A model generated the notes under the pieces. It ran no database searches. It was not told where the DNA came from and saw only the letters and a list, made by a program, of their open reading frames with translations. Of a DNA stretch of 63,259 nt, positions 8,909 through 18,005 are shown piece after piece. A program made the position numbers and the translations under genes. How positions within the stretch are numbered: position 1 is the first letter of the stretch; each line of letters begins with the position of its first letter. The stretch lies in sequence record DRR723986_5705. One strand, 5' to 3'.

Positions 8909-10134
8909 GGAGTTGCTGCGAGGATTGGACACAACACCAAACTCGAATTCTCCAACGGCTTTTCGTCAAGTACCCTAAACCAGCCTTCTTGCCAGGCCCA
9001 GTAAGGCTTGTCTTCCCGTATGGCAGCTTCATCCGCATTGCAGTTCAATTCACGAACTTGCGCTTCAGCAGGAATACCTTCGCTGCCCTTGATGGTTTCG
9101 GGTTGTAATTCAAGCAAACCTTCTGATGCCATGTAGTTCATGTTGAAGGTCCAGGCCTGGGCATCCTCGTGGGTGTAGGTCCATTCGGCTTTGTTCAGGG
9201 TCCAGTTTTGCGCGGGCAGGCCACCCTCAAATTGTTGGGCAGAAAATGCGGCCTGGTGTGTTTCAGGCAAATCGTCTCGACGCACATAGGTACGAAGGTT
9301 TTCACCATGCAATTTGATAAAAGGCGCACCTTCTCCGTTGTTGGCTTGCGCTAGCCGCAACACCAGCTGGTCTTGCTCGGCAGTGCCGGTCCACGGGAAA
9401 CCATTCCATTGGCCGTCAATATCGATTTTCAATTGTTTGAGTGAAACTTCGCGCATGGGGCCCGCTTCAGTTTGCGCATTCATGGCGATGTACAGCTGAT
9501 TGTTCTCTTGTGGGGTGTTGATACTCACGCGCCAACCCAGATTGAACTGATTGTCTGGAGTGCTGTTGCCCACTTTAAACTTGAACTGCTCCAGTTTGCC
9601 GCTCAGTTCTTGCTGGGCTTCGGGGTTATTCACCATGAACTGGGCCTGTTCAAGTTCCAGTGAATTCAAAGCAAGTTCGGGCGTAAAAAAACCGGGGTTG
9701 GCCACTTGCGTGCTTTGCCAGGTCCGAGCAGCCAGCGCCACTGGCAGCACAGGTGTACAACTCAAGCTGGGTTGGCTGCAGTCGGAATCTTTCTCGGCCC
9801 GAGCCGCCAGGCCTTTGATGGTCAGTGACTCCACTTGAATTCGGCCCAGCTTGATCGACTCCATGGCGTTCATGCCCAGTCGGATCAAACCCACTTGCAG
9901 GTTCTCCTTGCGGGTGGGGTCATCCACTTCTATTTCAGAAATGATCAATTGCGGTTTCAAGGAAAGCGCTAGCACCACGCGTTTTACATCAATACGCTGG
10001 TCAGGGTACTGATTGCGAACGCTGTTGAGTTTGGGCTCCCAGAGGAAGCGTGGAACAACCACACCGTGAGCCAGTACGGCTCCAACAAGCAGGATGACAA
10101 GCGCGAGAATGGACCACTTCAGGGCTTTGGACAT
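8905..10134 (-). CDS. Membrane-anchored hypothetical protein, AsmA-like N-terminus
   Basis: 409-aa ORF with a single N-terminal TM helix followed by amphipathic beta-strand patterns (LALSLKPQLIISEIEV, IQVESLTIKGL). Confidence 0.55.
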   Translation of the reverse strand: MSKALKWSILALVILLVGAVLAHGVVVPRFLWEPKLNSVRNQYPDQRIDVKRVVLALSLKPQLIISEIEVDDPTRKENLQVGLIRLGMNAMESIKLGRIQVESLTIKGLAARAEKDSDCSQPSLSCTPVLPVALAARTWQSTQVANPGFFTPELALNSLELEQAQFMVNNPEAQQELSGKLEQFKFKVGNSTPDNQFNLGWRVSINTPQENNQLYIAMNAQTEAGPMREVSLKQLKIDIDGQWNGFPWTGTAEQDQLVLRLAQANNGEGAPFIKLHGENLRTYVRRDDLPETHQAAFSAQQFEGGLPAQNWTLNKAEWTYTHEDAQAWTFNMNYMASEGLLELQPETIKGSEGIPAEAQVRELNCNADEAAIREDKPYWAWQEGWFRVLDEKPLENSSLVLCPILAATP

Positions 10135-10188
10135 GGTGGGGTACTGCGAGTGAATACTTGCATTACCGTAGCACAGAAATGTGCAGGT

Positions 10189-10216
10189 AAAAAAACAAGG
10201 CCCCGAAGGGCCTGGT
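10189..10216 (-). terminator. Rho-independent terminator after ychF
   Basis: AGGCCC-CGAA-GGGCCT stem; the A-run on the + strand gives a U-tract on the minus strand. Confidence 0.7.
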
Positions 10217-10229
10217 CTTGTTGGTTCAT

Positions 10230-11321
10230 TTACACATTGAACAGGAAGTTGAGTACGTCGCCGTCCTTCACCACATATTCTTTGCCTTCCGCTCGCATTT
10301 TGCCAGCTTCCTTGGCACCGTTTTCACCTTTGAACTGAATGTAGTCATCGAATGCAATGGTTTGGGCGCGAATAAAGCCACGTTCAAAATCGGTGTGAAT
10401 GACGCCGGCGGCTTTGGGGGCCGTGTCGCCAATTTTGATGGTCCAGGCGCGTACTTCCTTGACACCCGCTGTGAAGTACGTTTGCAGACCCAGCAGTTTG
10501 AAACCCGCGCGAATGACGCGGTTCAGGCCAGGTTCAGTCATGCCCATGTCAGATAGAAATTCCATTTTATCGGCGTCGTCCAGATCGGCAATTTCCGCTT
10601 CAATGGCGGCGCACACCGCAACCACGGGTGCATTCTGCTTGGCGGCATATTCCTGCAAGCGCTCAAGGTACGGGTTGTTCTCGAAGCCGTCTTCTGCAAC
10701 GTTGGCCACGTACATGGCGGGCTTGGCCGTGATCAAGCCGAAGCTTTTAATGGCGAACAGTTCCTCAGCGTCCAGGCCCAAGGCGCGCACAGGTTTGGCT
10801 TCGTTCAACTGGGCTTCACAGCGCTGCAGAATGGCCAGAATTTTTGCGGCGTCTTTGTCGTTTGCGCGAGCCTGTTTGGCATAACGGTGTACCGCTTTTT
10901 CCACCGTGCCCATGTCAGCCAAACACAATTCAGTTTCAATGGTTTCAATGTCGGAGAGCGGATCTACACGACCATTCACGTGAATCACATTGTCGTCTTC
11001 AAAACAACGCACCACGTTGACGATTGCGTCGGTTTCTCGAATGTGAGCCAAAAACTGATTGCCCAAGCCTTCGCCCTTTGATGCGCCCGCCACCAGGCCA
11101 GCGATGTCTACAAATTCAACAGTGGCTGGCACAATGCGCTCGGGTTTCACAATGTCGGCAAGCTGTTGCAAGCGTGCGTCGGGCACTTCAACCATGCCCA
11201 CGTTCGGTTCGATTGTGCAGAAGGGATAGTTTTCTGCCGCAATGCCCGCTTTGGTCAGCGCGTTGAACAGGGTAGATTTACCGACGTTGGGAAGGCCAAC
11301 GATGCCGCATTTGAGAGTCAT
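10230..11321 (-). CDS. ychF: Ribosome-binding ATPase YchF
   Basis: [38 protein letters not shown]-terminal TGS domain. Confidence 0.98.
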   Translation of the reverse strand: MTLKCGIVGLPNVGKSTLFNALTKAGIAAENYPFCTIEPNVGMVEVPDARLQQLADIVKPERIVPATVEFVDIAGLVAGASKGEGLGNQFLAHIRETDAIVNVVRCFEDDNVIHVNGRVDPLSDIETIETELCLADMGTVEKAVHRYAKQARANDKDAAKILAILQRCEAQLNEAKPVRALGLDAEELFAIKSFGLITAKPAMYVANVAEDGFENNPYLERLQEYAAKQNAPVVAVCAAIEAEIADLDDADKMEFLSDMGMTEPGLNRVIRAGFKLLGLQTYFTAGVKEVRAWTIKIGDTAPKAAGVIHTDFERGFIRAQTIAFDDYIQFKGENGAKEAGKMRAEGKEYVVKDGDVLNFLFNV

Positions 11322-11367
11322 GAGAATTCGCTAAGTGCTTAATTGAATGGGGTGAATTGTACCGCGC

Positions 11368-12480
11368 CTAGCGATTCACGTTGGCAAGCCAGGTTGAAAA
11401 GTCTTCTGCCATGCGTTCGCTTTCGCGAATTGCCGCCTGCCACAGTGGTATACGAATGCGGTGGTCAAATTTGTAGCGCTTGAAGTCACTTCGATCCGGA
11501 ATTTTCTTGGCGGGCAGGCGCTTCACGAATTCAGGTGAGGGACACACCAGAATGACATTGCTCATCCACTCGGGTTTGGCTTTGCGTACTTTTAAAAACT
11601 TGTCCAGCCAACCCGGTGTAACTGTGGGCGCAAAGTGCGGGTATAGCACCAGACCGTCGAGTCGATGATAGGGTAGGGCCAGGTGATAATCGGTCAAGCC
11701 ACCGTCCCAGAACGGGCCCTCGTGGTATTTCACTTCCGGGTGGTTTTCACGGAGGGCCAGTGCAATTTTATGAACCGGGTTCAGCACAAACGGAATACTG
11801 CCGCTGGCCAACAAGGCGTCGTGAATGTTCAATGCATCCAGATCTTCGATTCTGGTGGGAATGCGATCAAAGGGCTGCTTGAGCCAATCGGTGTGGGCTC
11901 CCGGGCTTTGAAACACCCATCGCTCGAAATAGCTGGAAAGGCGATTGCGGTTAACGCTGTTGGCCAATACTGCGCTGGCAAAGCCTCGCTTGCGGGCGCG
12001 CTGCTGCTGCGCGTGGTGCAGCGGTGTGAGCCCTTTGTTGACCCACACCAGCAATTCTTTGCCAGTCGGCTTTACCATGTGCTGAGCTTCCTCGGCCACC
12101 ACGGCCTGCACCATGGCCTGGCACACTCGACTGATCTCGAATCGGTCCACCCCCTTGGTGTAATTTTGTGCCTCGACATACTGCTGCGCCAACCGTTTGA
12201 GTGTGGCTGCCGGGTTGCTGCTGGCGGCGGCTGCCATGCGCCATGCACCGATGGAGGCACCAATCAATTGCAAGGGTTTTACACCATTGGCGGCACGGGT
12301 TTTGAGGTGGGACGCGCTCAACCACTCGTTGAACAAATACTGATCCAGCCCTTGCAAAATCAAACCTTTCGGACCCCCAGCAGCAGCGGGGATGGCGCAA
12401 ATGTCTTCCGGCTTTAGGCCCTTGTTGGCAATGTGCGCTTTGGCGCGATCGCCCAAAATAATCTGTATGCTGCTTCTCAT
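11368..12480 (-). CDS. Patatin-like phospholipase family protein
   Basis: Gly-rich AAGGPKG, nucleophile elbow GASIG, DGG motif; ATGA overlap with the pth stop. Confidence 0.8.
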   Translation of the reverse strand: MRSSIQIILGDRAKAHIANKGLKPEDICAIPAAAGGPKGLILQGLDQYLFNEWLSASHLKTRAANGVKPLQLIGASIGAWRMAAAASSNPAATLKRLAQQYVEAQNYTKGVDRFEISRVCQAMVQAVVAEEAQHMVKPTGKELLVWVNKGLTPLHHAQQQRARKRGFASAVLANSVNRNRLSSYFERWVFQSPGAHTDWLKQPFDRIPTRIEDLDALNIHDALLASGSIPFVLNPVHKIALALRENHPEVKYHEGPFWDGGLTDYHLALPYHRLDGLVLYPHFAPTVTPGWLDKFLKVRKAKPEWMSNVILVCPSPEFVKRLPAKKIPDRSDFKRYKFDHRIRIPLWQAAIRESERMAEDFSTWLANVNR

Positions 12481-13076
12481 GCGCACTCCGTGTGAATGTG
12501 CGTGGTGGCCTGGCCAATTTGTCCCTTCAATATTAACTCGGTGTGTTTCAGCAGCACATCAATTGATTTGTCGATCACCTGCTGTTGATCGTTGCTGGGG
12601 CGATGCAATACAAAGTCGGCTACGCCTTGTTGAAGGTTGAGGCTACGTGGGTGGCCAATGCCAATGCGTGCGCGCCAGAATTCGTTGCTGCCCATGTGGG
12701 CATGAATGTCTTTCAAACCATTGTGACCTGCGTGGCCGCCGCCTTTTTTCATTTTGATTTGACCCGGCAGCAGGTCCAGCTCATCGTGTGCGACCAGAAT
12801 TTCCTCAGGCTTGATTTTGAAGAACTTGGCCAGAGCACCAACGGCTTGCCCGGAGCGGTTCATGAACGTGGTGGGAAACAGCAACCACACGTCTTCACCT
12901 GCAAATTTAATGCGCGCCATGTCGCCGAAAAACCGCTTGTCGCTTTGTAAAAATACATTGTGCTTGCGCGCAAGCGCCTCCAGATACCACACGCCTGCGT
13001 TGTGGCGAGTGTCGGCATACTGTGGGCCGGGGTTACCCAAGCCGACAATCAATTTGATGGGGGTGTTGCTGGACAT
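12477..13076 (-). CDS. pth: Peptidyl-tRNA hydrolase
   Basis: LIVGLGNPG..Y..TRHNAG, TFMNRSG, HDELD, GHNGLK. Confidence 0.97.
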   Translation of the reverse strand: MSSNTPIKLIVGLGNPGPQYADTRHNAGVWYLEALARKHNVFLQSDKRFFGDMARIKFAGEDVWLLFPTTFMNRSGQAVGALAKFFKIKPEEILVAHDELDLLPGQIKMKKGGGHAGHNGLKDIHAHMGSNEFWRARIGIGHPRSLNLQQGVADFVLHRPSNDQQQVIDKSIDVLLKHTELILKGQIGQATTHIHTECA

Positions 13077-13080
13077 GAAG

Positions 13081-13113
13081 AAATACAGCCCTGTGAATCA
13101 CAAGGCTGTATTT
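13081..13113 (-). terminator. Stem-loop / terminator between leuA and pth
   Basis: AAATACAGCC...GGCTGTATTT inverted repeat with inner TGTGA/TCACA arms. Confidence 0.6.
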
Positions 13114-13151
13114 TCGCTGATAGTTCGGCTGATTCCAAACAATCGCCGTGA

Positions 13152-14822
13152 TTATTTCAATTCGACGGGCATGGGCGCTTCAACCCTGCGCCATGCACTG
13201 ACCAGCGCCATCAGGCTGGCCGTGGTGATGTTGTCGTGAAACCCCACACCGAACTTGCTGCCGGGCATGTTGGGTACGCTTACCTCAATAATGGCCATGG
13301 CTTTTGATTTGGCACCCTGGCCGACGCTGCGTTCCTCAAACCCCACAATGTCCATGGGCACACCAAGGGCTTGCACAGCGGCATCCAGGGGGCCGTTGCC
13401 CACACCTTCAAGGCGAATGGTTTCACCTCGCTGTTGTACGGTAATCTCAATGCCTTGGCCACCTTCGGCATCAAACACTTTGTGGCTGATGTAGCGCGGC
13501 TGGCTGTCGTTGTTTTGCAAGTAGGTTTGCTCGAACAGTGCCCACAGGGCAGGCGACGTCATTTCCGCAGCTGTGCTGTCGCTGACCTTTTGTACCACGC
13601 CTGAAAATTCCACCTGCATGCGGCGTGGCATGACCACACCATGTTCACGTTCCAGAATGTAGGCAATGCCGCCTTTGCCAGACTGACTGTTGACACGAAT
13701 CACGCTGTCGTAGGTGCGGCCCACATCCACCGGGTCGATGGGCAGGTAGGGTACCTCCCAAATGGCATCGGGCTTTTGAATATCGAACCCCTTTTTGATG
13801 GCATCCTGGTGCGAACCGGAAAAAGCGGTGTACACCAAATCGCCCACATAAGGGTGGCGTGGATGAATCGGCAACTGCGTGCAACTTTCCACCACTCGGG
13901 CCACTGCGTTGATGTCGGAGAAATCAAGGTTCGGGTGCACACCTTGGGTGTACATGTTCAAGGCCAAAGTCACGATATCGACATTGCCGCATCGTTCGCC
14001 ATTGCCGAACAGGCAACCTTCAACACGTTGTGCGCCAGCCATCATGGCCAGTTCGGCGGTGGCCACACCCGTGCCGCGGTCATTGTGTGGGTGCACGGAA
14101 AGCACCACATGCTCACGACGGGCAAGGTGTCGGTTCATCCACTCAATTTGATCGGCGAACACATTGGGTGTGCTCCATTCCACGGTGGTGGGCAGGTTGA
14201 TGATGATCTTGCGATTCGGCCCTGCATTCCACGCTTCAATGGCGGTGTTGCATGCCTGCAAGGCCACATCCAGTTCCGTCATGTTGAAACACTCGGGCGA
14301 GTACTGCAAAACCCACTGTGTTTCCGGGTGAGCATCGGTGAGTTCTTTCACTTTTTGCACGCGCTTGTTCACCATGTCGATCACTTCGGGCACAGTCATG
14401 CGGAACACCGTATTTCTCCACACGGGTGCGGTGGAGTTGTAGATGTGGACGATGGCGCTTTTGGCACCAATCACCGATTCCACTGTTCGCTCAATGAGGT
14501 CATCACGAGCCTGGGTCATGACCATGGGGGTGACATCGTTCGGAATTAAATCGTTGTCGATCAAATGCCGTACCACGTCGAAGTCGATTTGAGAGGCGGC
14601 CGGAAAACCCACCTCAATTTCCTTGAAGCCAATGCGCACCAATTCCTTGAAGAAGTCCAGTTTGGTTGCCACGCTCATGGGCTCAAAAATCGCCTGGTTG
14701 CCGTCGCGCAAATCAGTGCTTAACCAGATTGGCGCTTGTTCAATGGCCTTGTTGGGCCAGGTTCTGTCGGGCAGGTCCACTTTGTAAGCGGGGCGATATT
14801 TGGTGGCGGGGTTCTTCAACAT
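13152..14822 (-). CDS. leuA: 2-isopropylmalate synthase (yeast/actinobacterial-like LeuA type)
   Basis: DRTWP, STDLRDGNQA, HPHNDRGTG, GCLFGNGER.GNVD, AFSGSHQDAIKKG, IRVNSQSGKGG, regulatory GNGP. Confidence 0.96.
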   Translation of the reverse strand: MLKNPATKYRPAYKVDLPDRTWPNKAIEQAPIWLSTDLRDGNQAIFEPMSVATKLDFFKELVRIGFKEIEVGFPAASQIDFDVVRHLIDNDLIPNDVTPMVMTQARDDLIERTVESVIGAKSAIVHIYNSTAPVWRNTVFRMTVPEVIDMVNKRVQKVKELTDAHPETQWVLQYSPECFNMTELDVALQACNTAIEAWNAGPNRKIIINLPTTVEWSTPNVFADQIEWMNRHLARREHVVLSVHPHNDRGTGVATAELAMMAGAQRVEGCLFGNGERCGNVDIVTLALNMYTQGVHPNLDFSDINAVARVVESCTQLPIHPRHPYVGDLVYTAFSGSHQDAIKKGFDIQKPDAIWEVPYLPIDPVDVGRTYDSVIRVNSQSGKGGIAYILEREHGVVMPRRMQVEFSGVVQKVSDSTAAEMTSPALWALFEQTYLQNNDSQPRYISHKVFDAEGGQGIEITVQQRGETIRLEGVGNGPLDAAVQALGVPMDIVGFEERSVGQGAKSKAMAIIEVSVPNMPGSKFGVGFHDNITTASLMALVSAWRRVEAPMPVELK

Positions 14823-14963
14823 GCTTCGTTGGCCTGAAAGGTGAATCGATTAAACACAGTGTAGGTGTTTTGAGATGAAAGATGATTGCGTTTGTTGCTT
14901 GGATATTTATATAAATTGGCAGATAATTGCGTTGTTGGATTATTTGAAGACATTTATAGCCAA

Positions 14964-15431
14964 ATGCAAGAGCTGGACCGCTATGACAAACGTATTTTGA
15001 CCCTGCTACAGGCCGATGGGCGAATGAGCAATCAAGACCTCGCTGACGCGATTGGTTTGTCGCCATCGCCGTGTTTGCGCCGTGTCAAGGCGCTTGAAGA
15101 CGCTGGCTTGATTACCGGTTACCGTGCCTTGGTGGATGCGAAAAAGCTGGGCTACAGTTTGATGGCCCTGATCTATATTTCAATGGATCAACACACGCCA
15201 GAACGCTTTGCCAGTTTTGAGGAGGCCATTGCCGCCATTCCCGAGGTGCTGGAATGTTTGCTGATTACTGGTCAGCAGGCCGATTACCAGTTGAAAGTGA
15301 TTGTGGCCGACATGGATGGCTACCAGAATTTGCTGTTGAATAAAATTACCCGTATCAAAGGTGTGACGGGCGTACACACCAGTTTCGTGTTGCGCCGGGT
15401 GGTTGATAAAACCGAGGTGCCGATAGGCTGA
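14964..15431 (+). CDS. Lrp/AsnC family transcriptional regulator
   Basis: LDRYDKRIL..LQ.DGR.SN..LA..IGLSPSPCLRRVK.LE HTH plus RAM domain; divergent from leuA; ATG 14964. Confidence 0.93.
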   Translation: MQELDRYDKRILTLLQADGRMSNQDLADAIGLSPSPCLRRVKALEDAGLITGYRALVDAKKLGYSLMALIYISMDQHTPERFASFEEAIAAIPEVLECLLITGQQADYQLKVIVADMDGYQNLLLNKITRIKGVTGVHTSFVLRRVVDKTEVPIG

Positions 15432-15440
15432 TTTGAACAA

Positions 15441-16073
15441 TCAGTTTTGCAGCATGTTTTGAATCATCATGCCGCCGCCGCCAATGAGTACACCGAAGTA
15501 CACGATTGAGGCCACATTGGCCAGATGCCCCAAGAGCACCGCAGCACCGTCGCGTTGAATCAGGCCCACTGCCAGAAAAAGCAAGGCAATGCCGGGCACT
15601 GTATTGGAAAACGGAATGAAGCCAAACGGGGCCATCAGCAACACGGCGCCCAGAATAAGACCCCCATCATTGATGAGGTTCATGCCTCGACCTGTGGTTA
15701 GCCAGGCCATGCGGTGCGGTTTGCTGATCTTTTCAAGGCGCGGAATCCACACCAAACCTTTTTCAAGTGCATTGCGTAATTTGTCTGAAGGCAGGGCGCG
15801 TTCTTTGAAGCGCTTGGGCAGCCACAATGTGCGCCCAAATACACGGCTGATGCCAATCAGCAAAATGGCTGCGCCAAAAATGGTGCTGACACCCGGAATG
15901 GAAACCGGCACCATGAAGACCAGCGTCAGGAATGCAACCAGCAGCAGCATGCCGTCCCGCCCTACCAGATTCAGAATTTCACCAAGGCTGACCGTGTTTG
16001 CGGGCAGTTGTGCGATCACTTGTTTGATCTGATCGCCCAGAGGCAATTCATCGAAATTGGGTGTGTTGTTCAC
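15441..16073 (-). CDS. ExoD-family exopolysaccharide synthesis membrane protein
   Basis: PVSIPG.STIFG, LWLP, PFSNT.P...RDG motifs of the ExoD family. Confidence 0.85.
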   Translation of the reverse strand: MNNTPNFDELPLGDQIKQVIAQLPANTVSLGEILNLVGRDGMLLLVAFLTLVFMVPVSIPGVSTIFGAAILLIGISRVFGRTLWLPKRFKERALPSDKLRNALEKGLVWIPRLEKISKPHRMAWLTTGRGMNLINDGGLILGAVLLMAPFGFIPFSNTVPGIALLFLAVGLIQRDGAAVLLGHLANVASIVYFGVLIGGGGMMIQNMLQN

Positions 16074-16118
16074 TTCGGGTTTGGTGCTTGATTGATGAAT
16101 GAGCCCACATTGTGCCCA

Positions 16119-16155
16119 TAAAAAAAGCCGCTGAACTTCAGTGCAGCGGCTTTTT
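16119..16155 (-). terminator. Rho-independent terminator after rplY (possibly bidirectional)
   Basis: AAAAAGCCGCTG...CAGCGGCTTTTT. Confidence 0.8.
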
Positions 16156-16179
16156 CGGTACTAATTGGACTTCGAGAGT

Positions 16180-16767
16180 TTACTCGTCGCCGCCTTTTGC
16201 AGCACCGGCCTTGATCTTCACTGTAACCAGTGACAGATCTTGCTGACCGTGGTTGGGAATACCAACGCCAGCAGGCAGTTGCAAGTCAGTCACGTGGATT
16301 GAACGCTTGGTCACGTCCAGCACGCTGCAATCTACGGCGATGAATTCAGGCAGGTCTTTGGGCAAGCATTCGATTTCGATCTGATTGGCCACAAATGTAA
16401 CCTGACCGGAGTACAGCTTGACCGCTGGGCTTTCCAGGTGACCTGAGTAGTGCAAAGGCACGTTCATGTGGATCTTCTGGTTACCGTCGATGCGCTGGAA
16501 GTCGATGTGCAGCAATTGTGGCTTGTAGGGGTGTGACTGGTAGTCACGCAACAATACCTGCTGTGACTTGCCGTCAATTTCCAGATCCAGAATGCTGGAG
16601 TGGAATTTTTCCTTTTGAATTGCGTGCCACAGGGGGTTGTGTTCAATTGACACAGCCTGAGCTTCCTGATTGGCGCCATAAACAATGCCAGGTACCTGGC
16701 CAGCACGACGCAGGCGGCGGCTCGCTCCGGAACCCTGCTCTGTGCGGGATGTTGCAACTACTTTCAT
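16180..16767 (-). CDS. rplY: 50S ribosomal protein L25 / Ctc
   Basis: R...G.GASRRLRRAG.VPGIVYG, Q.HPYK..LLHIDFQR, LPEFI.VD. Confidence 0.96.
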   Translation of the reverse strand: MKVVATSRTEQGSGASRRLRRAGQVPGIVYGANQEAQAVSIEHNPLWHAIQKEKFHSSILDLEIDGKSQQVLLRDYQSHPYKPQLLHIDFQRIDGNQKIHMNVPLHYSGHLESPAVKLYSGQVTFVANQIEIECLPKDLPEFIAVDCSVLDVTKRSIHVTDLQLPAGVGIPNHGQQDLSLVTVKIKAGAAKGGDE

Positions 16768-16787
16768 GTTGATTCTCCAAATTTGAC

Positions 16788-16805
16788 TTCACCGCGACCA
16801 GTGAA
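16788..16805 (-). promoter_or_regulatory. Candidate L25 leader hairpin in the rplY 5' UTR
   Basis: Minus strand TTCAC-TGGTCGCG-GTGAA hairpin just upstream of the GGAG RBS. Confidence 0.5.
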
Positions 16806-16886
16806 ACCAAGTTATGCGGCACTTAAGGGCGTCCGCAAAAAAGCCCGTAAAACTTTGTGTTCAGTCGACGAAATTAGCCGACGAAA

Positions 16887-17840
16887 TTAATCGATAAACA
16901 GCGAACTGACAGAATCAGAGCGAACAATGCGGCGAATGGTTTCGGCCAGCAGTTCATCAACACTGAGAACTCGAATGGTTTTGCTGTTGTTGGCTTCCTC
17001 GGACAAAGGAATGGTATCGGTCACCACCAGTTCGTCCAGGTCTGATTCTTCAACACGTTGAATGGCGCCACCTGACAACACAGGATGGGTACAGTAGGCC
17101 ACTACCTTTTTGGCGCCGTTGGCTTTCAGTGCCGCAGCAGCTTTGCACAAGGTGTTGGCGGTGTCGACCATGTCGTCCATGATCACGCAGGTGCGGTCTT
17201 TCACGTCGCCAATAATGTTCATGACCTCTGCCACGTTGGCACGGGGGCGACGCTTGTCGATGATTGCCAAATCACAATTCAGTCGCTTGGCCAGGGCACG
17301 GGCGCGGACCACGCCACCTACGTCAGGTGACACAACCATCAGGTTGTCGAGGTTTTGTTTCCACACATCGCCCAGCAAAACAGGCGATGCATAAATGTTG
17401 TCTACGGGGATGTCAAAGAAGCCCTGAATTTGGTCAGCGTGCAGGTCCATGGTCAGCACACGGTCGACACCCACCACCTGCAGCATGTTGGCCACCACTT
17501 TGGCTGTAATCGCCACACGCGAAGAACGCACACGGCGGTCTTGGCGGGCATAGCCGAAGTAGGGAATTGCAGCGGTAATGCGGCCTGCCGATGCGCGCTT
17601 GAGCGCGTCGATCATGACCATCATTTCCATGAGGTTGTCGTTGGTGGGTGCGCAAGTGGATTGCAGCACAAACACGTCTTTGCCGCGCACGTTTTCGTTG
17701 ATCTCGACCATGACTTCACCGTCTGAGAAACGACCCACGGTGGCTTTGCCCAGCGGAATGTTCAGCTGTTTGGCCACTGATTCGGCCAATGCTGGGTTTG
17801 CATTGCCGGTGAAGATCATTAGACTGCTGTCGGTTGCCAT
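16887..17840 (-). CDS. prs: Ribose-phosphate pyrophosphokinase
   Basis: [40 protein letters not shown]. Confidence 0.98.
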   Translation of the reverse strand: MATDSSLMIFTGNANPALAESVAKQLNIPLGKATVGRFSDGEVMVEINENVRGKDVFVLQSTCAPTNDNLMEMMVMIDALKRASAGRITAAIPYFGYARQDRRVRSSRVAITAKVVANMLQVVGVDRVLTMDLHADQIQGFFDIPVDNIYASPVLLGDVWKQNLDNLMVVSPDVGGVVRARALAKRLNCDLAIIDKRRPRANVAEVMNIIGDVKDRTCVIMDDMVDTANTLCKAAAALKANGAKKVVAYCTHPVLSGGAIQRVEESDLDELVVTDTIPLSEEANNSKTIRVLSVDELLAETIRRIVRSDSVSSLFID

Positions 17841-17877
17841 TGTTTACCCCAGGGCTTGACGTGTGCGTTGGCGAAAT

Positions 17878-17908
17878 AAAAAAAGGGCCAACCTGTGGCT
17901 GGCCCTTT
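17878..17908 (-). terminator. Terminator-like hairpin after tRNA-Gln
   Basis: AAAGGGCCA...TGGCCCTTT with a U-tract on the minus strand. Confidence 0.65.
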
Positions 17909-17913
17909 GGTTT

Positions 17914-17990
17914 TGGCAGGGGAGGAAGGACTCGAACCCTCGCATGCCGGAATCAAAATCCGGTGCCTTAACCAACTTGGCGACTCCCCT
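17914..17990 (-). tRNA. tRNA-Gln(TTG)
   Basis: Acceptor AGGGGAG/CTCCCCT, anticodon arm CCGGA-TT-TTG-AT-TCCGG, GTTCGAG T-loop, encoded CCA; usual position between ispE and prs. Confidence 0.97.
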
Positions 17991-18005
17991 AAAACTTTTA
18001 TCGAT

